Shown here: positions 57,916 to 64,000 of the stretch, piece by piece
How the letters are laid out: every line of letters starts with the position of its first letter
Position numbering within the stretch: position 1 is the first letter of the stretch
From: an uncultured Candidatus Saccharibacteria bacterium
GTDB lineage: Bacteria > Patescibacteriota > Minisyncoccia > UBA6257 > JACRHY01
Direction: 5' to 3'
DNA length: 64,000 bases
Assembly: GCA_964360035.1 (NCBI GenBank)
Contig: CAYHUJ010000001.1
Location: forward strand, 2,176-66,175
The notes under the pieces: model-generated
Database searches by the model: none
Seen by the model: the letters and a program-made list of their open reading frames with translations, nothing else
Told to the model about the DNA's origin: nothing
Made by a program: the position numbers and the translations under genes

Positions 57916-57986
57916 AGCGGGATACGAGAATTGAACTCGCGTCTGTTGCTTGGGAAGCAACCGTACTGCCACCGTACGAATCCCGC
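57916..57986 (-). tRNA. tRNA-Gly (anticodon CCC)
   Basis: Folded by hand. Acceptor GCGGGAT/ATCCCGC. D arm GTAC-GGTGGCA-GTAC. Anticodon arm GTTGC-TTCCCAA-GCAAC. T arm GCGAG-TTCAATT-CTCGT. U73 discriminator as expected for Gly. No encoded CCA. Confidence 0.8.
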
Positions 57987-58028
57987 TCCAGTAATAAAAC
58001 CAAGTCAGTTTTCCCAAAATTTTTACGA

Positions 58029-58083
58029 GCAAAGCGGAGCTTTGCGGCGGCTGGCGGCGGGATTTTAGATGGCTTGCGGGGGG
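58029..58083. repeat. IR-L: left 55-56-bp inverted repeat (GCAAAGCGGAGCTTTGCGGCGGCTGGCGGCGGGATTTTAGATGGCTTGCGGGGGG)
   Basis: Its reverse complement occurs at 60070-60125 with one mismatch. Confidence 0.85.
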
Positions 58084-58091
58084 AAATTTCC

Positions 58092-58122
58092 TTGAACAAT
58101 CTTTATCTTGGTATGGTATAAT
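58092..58122 (+). promoter_or_regulatory. Sigma-70-like promoter just inside IR-L (TTGAAC -35; extended -10 TGGTATAAT)
   Basis: Motifs read from the sequence. The spacing is about 19 nt, slightly long. Confidence 0.4.
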
Positions 58123-58148
58123 GTATATGTAATCAATAAGTTGCTTTT

Positions 58149-59501
58149 ATGGAATCAACTACTTCATTTCTAATCGTCGCGCTTGGTTATCTTGCCTTTG
58201 GCATAGCGACGGTAATTTGGATAACCAAAAAGAAAAAGGCGGGCGAGAAGATTTCTTTGCTGGCAAAGATTATCATCGCCATGGTTGTTCTTTCCAGTTC
58301 TTCCGCTCTTCTTTCTGTAATTATTGAGCCGTCTCCGGAGCAGGAGACAAACGCTCCCGAAACCAGCACTCTTTACGTAAAAGAGGGAGGCGCGAATGTC
58401 CGCGAATGTCCTTCAACTTCGTGCAAAGTGATTAGCACGCTTCCCCAGAACGCGTGGTTCACGTTTTCGGGCGATTCTTACGACAAATATCCCAATTGGG
58501 CCGAAGTTACCCTTCTGGACGGGCGGGGCGGCTATGTGAGCAAAAGCACGCTTTCTTTTGAAGTATCCGAAGTGCCGCAGCCGCAAGAAAATGGAATCAG
58601 ATTGGCAAAATGGAACTTTGATCCGTTGGAAATCGACGGTTCGTATGGCATTTCGTTTTGCATTCCGGATTCAGCACGCTCCGGAGCAACCTGCGGCGGC
58701 CTTGCCGGAGACACCCAAACCCCGATCGGCGGTTCCCCGCCATATTCGTTCGTCAAAAGCTCCGGCTTTCTGCCGCCTGGAATGTCGCTTGAGCTGAACG
58801 GCCTGCTTTCGGGTTCGCCGACAACCGAAGGCACTTATAATTTTAAACTTTGCGCCAAGGATTTATCAATGAACCAGGGGTGCGAGAATTACACGCTGGT
58901 GGTGAAAAAAGAAGATTCAATTGCTCAACCTTCCTCTGGCGGAAATTATAAAGCAGTTTTGTCGTTTACTGCCGATATGCAAAATTATCAACGCAATAAC
59001 GATTCGCTGCTCGCTAATAACGAACATGTATCCGTGACAGTTACGGCTAGTAGATCAGAACAAGATGAACAGGGTAGTAAAAGTATCAGCAGTTATAATT
59101 TTTCTTCTACTGGACGAAGCAGTATTTACGTAAGTAGTAATTGTATATCGCAGTATAGCGGGACTTTTGGCGATAATTTGGACTCCGGACCAGGAGCCAT
59201 ATACGGTTATCTGCCTTCCCGTCCACTTATATTCAAAGCAAGAACAGGATACGCCGGGGATTATAGGGATTTTGATTATACGCCATTATCAGCAGATTTT
59301 TGTGCGACTTGGCCTCCGGATGTGTTCATAAGAGAGGTTTTGTCGGACATTATATCCGGCACAGGAGGGGGCATTGCCCTAGATCAACGCAGCTTGAATC
59401 CGGCAGGAGAAACTATTTCTTTTAGCAACGATTATCGTCCCGAACATTTAGCTACAGACAGAATTACTTATAACGGCACGCTGGTATTTACGAAAGAGTA
59501 A
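58149..59501 (+). CDS. Membrane-anchored surface protein with a bacterial SH3 (SH3b) domain and a putative Ig (dystroglycan/cadherin-like) domain
   Basis: Two N-terminal TM segments. SH3b-like LYVKEGGANVRECPSTSCKVISTLPQNAWFTF...YVSKSTL. PPYSF...LPPGMSL...GSPTTEGTYNF matches the putative Ig domain pattern. GC is lower than the core genome. Confidence 0.6.
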   Translation: MESTTSFLIVALGYLAFGIATVIWITKKKKAGEKISLLAKIIIAMVVLSSSSALLSVIIEPSPEQETNAPETSTLYVKEGGANVRECPSTSCKVISTLPQNAWFTFSGDSYDKYPNWAEVTLLDGRGGYVSKSTLSFEVSEVPQPQENGIRLAKWNFDPLEIDGSYGISFCIPDSARSGATCGGLAGDTQTPIGGSPPYSFVKSSGFLPPGMSLELNGLLSGSPTTEGTYNFKLCAKDLSMNQGCENYTLVVKKEDSIAQPSSGGNYKAVLSFTADMQNYQRNNDSLLANNEHVSVTVTASRSEQDEQGSKSISSYNFSSTGRSSIYVSSNCISQYSGTFGDNLDSGPGAIYGYLPSRPLIFKARTGYAGDYRDFDYTPLSADFCATWPPDVFIREVLSDIISGTGGGIALDQRSLNPAGETISFSNDYRPEHLATDRITYNGTLVFTKE

Positions 59502-59516
59502 CTCGTTTATCAGGGG

Positions 59517-59912
59517 ATGAAACTTCTCGATAAAAAATGGAAATGGGCGGCGGCGGTAATTTTGCTGCCGGTGGTTGTTATATTGATCGGGATCTACGTA
59601 TATTTTTTTTGGACCTGTTGCCCGGAGCCGGCAACTGAACGTTTAAGAGCTTCGTGTCAAGTGGAAGGAGGATTTTTTGTTGAAGAGTTGGAACAATGCC
59701 AACTGCCGGCATCGGACGCGGGGAAAACATGCAAAGATTCATCCGAATGCGAGGGTTTCTGCGAAGCGGATCTGTCCCCGGATGAAATATCAAAAATAAC
59801 CAACGGGGAACGAGTGGAAAAAACGGGCGCCTGCGGGCGGTGGAAAAACTTTTTTGCGGGATGTTTTTATATAATAGAAGACAGCGCGGTTGAGAGATTT
59901 TGCGCTGACTAA
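59517..59912 (+). CDS. Small membrane-anchored Cys-rich (10 Cys) protein
   Basis: TM segment, then a CC...C...C..C...C.C...C...C pattern suggesting a disulfide-rich ectodomain. Confidence 0.5.
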   Translation: MKLLDKKWKWAAAVILLPVVVILIGIYVYFFWTCCPEPATERLRASCQVEGGFFVEELEQCQLPASDAGKTCKDSSECEGFCEADLSPDEISKITNGERVEKTGACGRWKNFFAGCFYIIEDSAVERFCAD

Positions 59913-59924
59913 CGCCGAATTAAT

Positions 59925-60053
59925 ATGAAGAAACTTTATCTCATTTTAAAAATTCTGCTCATTCTGGCGGCTTTAATCGCGCTGGGCTATTTACTTACTC
60001 CCACCGACAGTGAAGTCATTTTGAAAAGGCCATGGCTTGAAAAGGCCGAATAG
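59925..60053 (+). CDS. Possible 42-aa hydrophobic peptide (MKKLYLILKILLILAALIALGYLLTPTDSEVILKRPWLEKAE)
   Basis: Hand-translated; below the ORF-track cutoff; immediately inside IR-R. Confidence 0.25.
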   Translation: MKKLYLILKILLILAALIALGYLLTPTDSEVILKRPWLEKAE

Positions 60054-60069
60054 TGTGAAAGGGGTTTTC

Positions 60070-60125
60070 CCCCCCGCAAGCCGTCTAAAATCCCGCCGCC
60101 AGCCGCCGCAAAGCTCCGCTTTGCC
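60070..60125. repeat. IR-R: right inverted repeat, reverse complement of IR-L (55/56 identical)
   Basis: Direct comparison of the two sequences. Confidence 0.85.
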
Positions 60126-60275
60126 CATTGTCCCAAGCCAATTCCGCTCGCTTCGCTCGTTTTTAGAGTGAGGTTCAAAAATTCAAAAGCCGAAGATTTT
60201 AAGGTACAACACTTGCCCCACCATCCCGTGCGCGTGTTAAAAACTTTTGCCGTCTTGAAAGACCGGCAAACCCCC

Positions 60276-63200
60276 TTATTTCCCGCGGCCAAGATTATTC
60301 CAATCTTTTTTCTTAAGGAGTTCAAGAACGGGTGCATCTTTCTTGTCTTTAGGAATAATAGGCATGGTCTCATCGTTTATACCTGCCATATCCAAATCGT
60401 TCGGACCTATTTCCCACGCCTCTCTATCGTTAAAGGATGTTTTAACAATACCTACATCAAACAGAACTCTGGGCTGGGGTTGGGTCCCATCAATGATTGC
60501 TGGTGCCAGTAAATAAATACCAAATCTTTTAAAGCTTGCTGAAAACATATCAAGATTTGTTGTGGCATCGGGGGTCAGGGTATGCACTCTCGACACAGTA
60601 ATAAGACGCTGATTCTTTGGCGGTCTTTTTGTAAGGTCAAGATTTGTAGTAACAACTGCACGATACCAAGCAGGATTTTTTTCTGAAACTCCTCGTATCA
60701 TCGAAATTCTAATCGTCTCATCCGCATCTTTTTCGCCAAATATACCTCTCCAATCCTTAAATATCGCTCTGGCTTTTTCTTCGTTTTTAAACAAGAAGGC
60801 CATTACAGGCGGACGGCTAGGTATTGTGATGTAAAGCACACCGCCCCAGCCCGCTTCGTCCCATAGATGTTGGCGGATTACCGAGACATTCTTAATTTCG
60901 TCATGCCGCTTTGGAGTACCAGAAGATTTTTCCTCACTTTCTTCTTTTTTAAATTCTTTGGTTTTAACAGGCTTTCCACTTTTTTCAGGGGTGTATGGAT
61001 ATAAAGTTGCCTCAGGATTTATCCAGTTAAGGATAGATCTTTTAGGGTTATACCCCAAGACATTTCCCAAAGTAACCATTGGCGTAGAGAAACTGAAGGC
61101 CCTAGAATTAACTTCCTCGTCTTTAAAAAGTTTGAGCAAATCAACGTCAGCATCTTTGAAAAGGACAGTGTTTGCAATCAGGTGCAATACAATCTCCGAG
61201 ATTTTAGAGGAAATTTTTTCCTGTTGCTCTTTTGAAAGAGAGTGAGGACTAAAAGAACCACAGGTAATAGCTATGCCGAATTTACCGTCTTTTTGAATCT
61301 CATATATTATTTCTTCCTTTAGTGATTCATCGCGTGTGATCGTGATATAGGCACTGCTGTCTCTTGAGGCGGCATCCATTTCCAAAGTGGTAGACAAAAA
61401 GCTCTCAAGAGCCGCGAGAACATACTCGCCGATTTCGATTTCGGGGCTACCGTTGGGTGCTTTGATAATATATTCGCATCCTAGAACGCTTGACCTTAAT
61501 TCCACTACTTCACCAATATAGTATTCTGGCGCGCTTGGCAGATTTTCTTGAGCAGGTTGGGAAAGATATGAATTGAAAAATTCATCAACTTCATCGGGAG
61601 GCATCTTTTCCTTAAAAGAATCTGGAACCATGTCTTTTCCACCAAGACGGTATAGCAAGCCAAAGGCGGCAAAATCTAGGTCCATCTGCATTAACGTATC
61701 GGGTAGTTTCTCTAATATTTTCAATTGCTCGTCAAGTGTTTTGATTACCAGCAGCCCCATAAGCGAACCAAAGAAAAGATCATCATTCAGTAGTTTTGAT
61801 TTTTGTTCATCTGTTTTTAAAAGTTGAGCAGAGAGAAGATGGTGAAGCTGATGCCACTCAAGTGCGTATCCTATTCGGCCTAATTGGACCTCAATAGTTC
61901 TCAATCTTTTGTAGCAAGCGAGCTGCATTGTGTTGATTTTGCTATACACCCAAAAATCACTTGTTGCATGGGAGGCGGCATTCAACAGTACGCCGCGAGC
62001 AGCCCAAAGTAGGCCAGCATCTTCATAGGCAAATGAAAGAGTGAATAGCGCATGAACTAGCTGGTCCTTGCTCTCTTTTTTGTAAAAACGCCTTAGCGCT
62101 CTACCGAGAAAATCTATAGCCTTGTAAGTTCTCCTGCCTTTTAAATGTTGGATTCCACGATTAAGGAGTATTTCACCTGCCGCAAGTTCTCCTTCTCTGT
62201 TCGTCACCACCTCAACCAGATGCTCTTGAAGTTCTTCGTAAGCGCTTTCACCATTGAATACGTCATCCATTTCATTCAAGAGCCGGAAGGTTATTTCAAA
62301 GGGGAAACCGATAAGGTTGCTGGCCTTATCCATCACATCTTTAAGTTGCCGAAATGCTTTTGCTACTTCTGCAGGGTCATCTCTTTTGCGTAAAAGATTC
62401 GCAAAACAGAGCATGGCTTCTGCGTGTACCGATGCACTGGAATTAGCCTTATTACTTTTATGGGTTTCCAGTTTTTCAAAAAGATTTTTTGTTTTTTCCT
62501 CAAGCATTTCAGGCGACACCAAGTTAGATGTGCCAGCAAGAGCGGACAGAAGACCCCAAAGATTATTCAGCCTTTCGGCGGAAAATATGTTATTTGAGGC
62601 AAGTGCAAGTTTTTCTATGGCATCGTACTGCTTTAAAAAGGCATTAAAATCTTCAAACCAAAAGAACGTGGTCCATGCTCGTTGATATAAAGCGGTGAAC
62701 TGTTGGTCGCTAGTGCCGTGCTCATTAGCAAATCGTATTGCACGATCAAATAAAGATTCGACATCCTGACGCGGCTCATCAAGCTCCGCAGCTATTAACG
62801 CCGCGTCTAAGCACTCGTCAACGGTTTTTATCGTGACACTGGACTTACTTACGTCTTCTGCGATAGAGGAATTTAATTCATCGAACTGCTTTTTTCTTTG
62901 TGAATCCAAGGGACCGGCTTCTTTTTTTTCCTCAAGCCCATCTCCCATTTTTAATTCTTCAATAGCAAGCTTCTGCCTTTTATTTGCAAAAACCTTATCA
63001 AGAATCCAATTCCTATCAAGGACAACAACCTGAAAGCTGTATTTTTTAGACAATTCGTCCTCCAGAGTTGCTCTTGTTTTGTCCCTCGCAAATTCACTCG
63101 TTATACAAAAGACTTTTGCGTAAGACCTGCCTGTTTTATGTATTTCTTCGGTGTCGCTTCTAATTTTTCCTGACCAATCTTTTTGAGTGCTAAAAGCAAA

Positions 63201-63524
63201 GGCAAAATCTTCCTTGCTTTGATTGTCCTGACCTTGGAAAAAAGCACTTCGTATTTGAGAAGCGACAGGGATTGTAGATGAGTCAACTTTGCTATCGCCG
63301 CCGCCCGTAGAGCCAGTTTGAGGTCGAAGGTTGGGGCAAATCTCGTATTGACAAAGCTTCCGCGCGAATTCTTCAAAATCCTGCTCCTGTTTTCTTTGCC
63401 CCAAGGTATCTAAGTGATACTCAAGGGTCGTACGGTTTAGTTTGCTCTCCGTTACTATTTTTGAATCAGAAAACCTGTGAGGTTTTCTTTTTTTCATAAA
63501 ATCTTTTGGGGACGGAATACTCAT
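60276..63524 (-). CDS. Large (1082 aa) protein: N-terminal Mrr-type PD-(D/E)xK restriction-endonuclease catalytic domain plus a roughly 880-aa helical region of unknown function; no Walker A motif
   Basis: N-terminal DFEEFARKLCQYE...GSTGGGDSKVD...FAFSTQKDWSGKIRSD...AKVFCITSEFARDK...QVVVLDRNWIL follows the Mrr_cat consensus as I recall it (FEe..a.ll..lGy.....g.sgDgGiD..., vQcKr, ifvTtssFs.eA). About 40% GC. The start codon abuts the stop of the upstream HEPN gene. Confidence 0.7.
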   Translation of the reverse strand: MSIPSPKDFMKKRKPHRFSDSKIVTESKLNRTTLEYHLDTLGQRKQEQDFEEFARKLCQYEICPNLRPQTGSTGGGDSKVDSSTIPVASQIRSAFFQGQDNQSKEDFAFAFSTQKDWSGKIRSDTEEIHKTGRSYAKVFCITSEFARDKTRATLEDELSKKYSFQVVVLDRNWILDKVFANKRQKLAIEELKMGDGLEEKKEAGPLDSQRKKQFDELNSSIAEDVSKSSVTIKTVDECLDAALIAAELDEPRQDVESLFDRAIRFANEHGTSDQQFTALYQRAWTTFFWFEDFNAFLKQYDAIEKLALASNNIFSAERLNNLWGLLSALAGTSNLVSPEMLEEKTKNLFEKLETHKSNKANSSASVHAEAMLCFANLLRKRDDPAEVAKAFRQLKDVMDKASNLIGFPFEITFRLLNEMDDVFNGESAYEELQEHLVEVVTNREGELAAGEILLNRGIQHLKGRRTYKAIDFLGRALRRFYKKESKDQLVHALFTLSFAYEDAGLLWAARGVLLNAASHATSDFWVYSKINTMQLACYKRLRTIEVQLGRIGYALEWHQLHHLLSAQLLKTDEQKSKLLNDDLFFGSLMGLLVIKTLDEQLKILEKLPDTLMQMDLDFAAFGLLYRLGGKDMVPDSFKEKMPPDEVDEFFNSYLSQPAQENLPSAPEYYIGEVVELRSSVLGCEYIIKAPNGSPEIEIGEYVLAALESFLSTTLEMDAASRDSSAYITITRDESLKEEIIYEIQKDGKFGIAITCGSFSPHSLSKEQQEKISSKISEIVLHLIANTVLFKDADVDLLKLFKDEEVNSRAFSFSTPMVTLGNVLGYNPKRSILNWINPEATLYPYTPEKSGKPVKTKEFKKEESEEKSSGTPKRHDEIKNVSVIRQHLWDEAGWGGVLYITIPSRPPVMAFLFKNEEKARAIFKDWRGIFGEKDADETIRISMIRGVSEKNPAWYRAVVTTNLDLTKRPPKNQRLITVSRVHTLTPDATTNLDMFSASFKRFGIYLLAPAIIDGTQPQPRVLFDVGIVKTSFNDREAWEIGPNDLDMAGINDETMPIIPKDKKDAPVLELLKKKDWNNLGRGK

Positions 63525-63525
63525 A

Positions 63526-64000
63526 TTATTTTTTCTTCAATTTTTGAAGTTCTTTATATGCTTCATAATATCGTTTACATTCCTCTTGAGGATCCGTTAT
63601 CCTTCGGTGAAAAAATTTTGTTAGCTCTTGTCTTGTTGCCCAAGCATCAAAAAATACTTGCGCGAAACTGTCAGCATCTCTAAAAGGATTCCGGCCCTTA
63701 TATCGTATCTTTTCAACATTATTTTGATGTGCGACTTGATTTCTCAAATCGGATAGCGGCTTTATGCTGGCAATATCATATGGCCAATTTTTAAGTATAG
63801 GCCATAAAATTTTGTACATATTACCAAAACTTAATTCCTCAACCATTTTTTCTAAATCGGCAAAAACTTTTTTATCATCATCTTCTTTGCCGGTTTCAAA
63901 AACTATCGGTTTGAAATAGTGATAAAAAATCTGACGAAACAAAATCTCTATCCCAGCGTGAATATCAAAAATTACCGACCTAACAAAATGATCATCGTCC
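63526..64000 (-). CDS. Abi_2 (AbiD/AbiF)-like protein with a HEPN Rx4H motif (LRNQVAH); 5-prime end outside the window
   Basis: The frame stays open to the window edge (the ORF-track start is a TTG). PLSDLRNQVAHQNN matches the RNxxAH HEPN signature of Abi-like proteins. Its stop lies 2 nt from the start of the 1082-aa gene. Confidence 0.55.
   Translation of the reverse strand, partial: DDDHFVRSVIFDIHAGIEILFRQIFYHYFKPIVFETGKEDDDKKVFADLEKMVEELSFGNMYKILWPILKNWPYDIASIKPLSDLRNQVAHQNNVEKIRYKGRNPFRDADSFAQVFFDAWATRQELTKFFHRRITDPQEECKRYYEAYKELQKLKKK

Noticed and set aside
57891-58121. ORF 57891..58121 (+) and the C-terminal part of ORF 59987..60373 (-), which share a KRSFAAAGGGILDGLRG peptide
   Set aside because: The shared peptide is simply the translation of the 56-bp inverted repeat, and the first ORF also overlaps tRNA-Gly. 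I treat these as repeat DNA rather than genes.
1-64000. CRISPR arrays
   Set aside because: No regularly spaced direct repeats were seen anywhere. The Cas4-like nuclease has no cas neighbours.

Overview
This is a 64 kb bacterial window, compact and mostly GC-rich (about 55-60% GC by eye), carrying a conventional housekeeping set. Recognisable genes include a PfkB sugar kinase, class II fructose-bisphosphate aldolase, rplY, rpmA, rplI, def-fmt, gltX, a dacA-like gene, mraY, ftsW, murG, pgk, tpiA, a galT-like gene, sodA, scpA/scpB, dus, a family 4 uracil-DNA glycosylase, mpg, rnhA, an ECF sigma factor and an NDH-2. The gene content and compactness suggest a small-genome, possibly CPR/Patescibacteria-like organism, but that is inference only. 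Three RNA genes the ORF track cannot show are visible by eye: tRNA-Gln(CUG), tRNA-Gly(CCC) and a type-A RNase P RNA (rnpB). Three things stand out. (1) The 3-prime end of the window (about 57.99-64 kb) is a low-GC island beginning right next to tRNA-Gly. It holds a roughly 2.1 kb cassette bounded by 56-bp inverted repeats, followed by a translationally coupled pair: a partial Abi_2-like HEPN protein (RNQVAH motif) and a 1082-aa protein whose N-terminus matches the Mrr-type PD-(D/E)xK restriction-endonuclease catalytic domain and which has no NTPase motif. This pair is my candidate for an undescribed two-gene defence module. (2) There is a REPtron-like unit: an HuH/Y1 REP-associated tyrosine transposase (RAYT) flanked by inverted copies of a 29-bp palindromic REP built around TCGGACGTCCGA. 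Further REP copies are embedded in-frame in the RAYT itself, in the signal peptide of a giant surface protein, and (degenerate) at two places inside the essential tpiA gene. (3) Several genes carry unusual edits. A sensor kinase lacks the H-box histidine. IscU has a 24-aa four-Cys insertion. A remnant obg pseudogene is present. A D-aminoacylase-like amidohydrolase has lost the HxH metal motif. A surface adhesin carries a near-perfect 402-bp tandem duplication. All calls are from reading the sequence and the six-frame translations only; no database searches were run.
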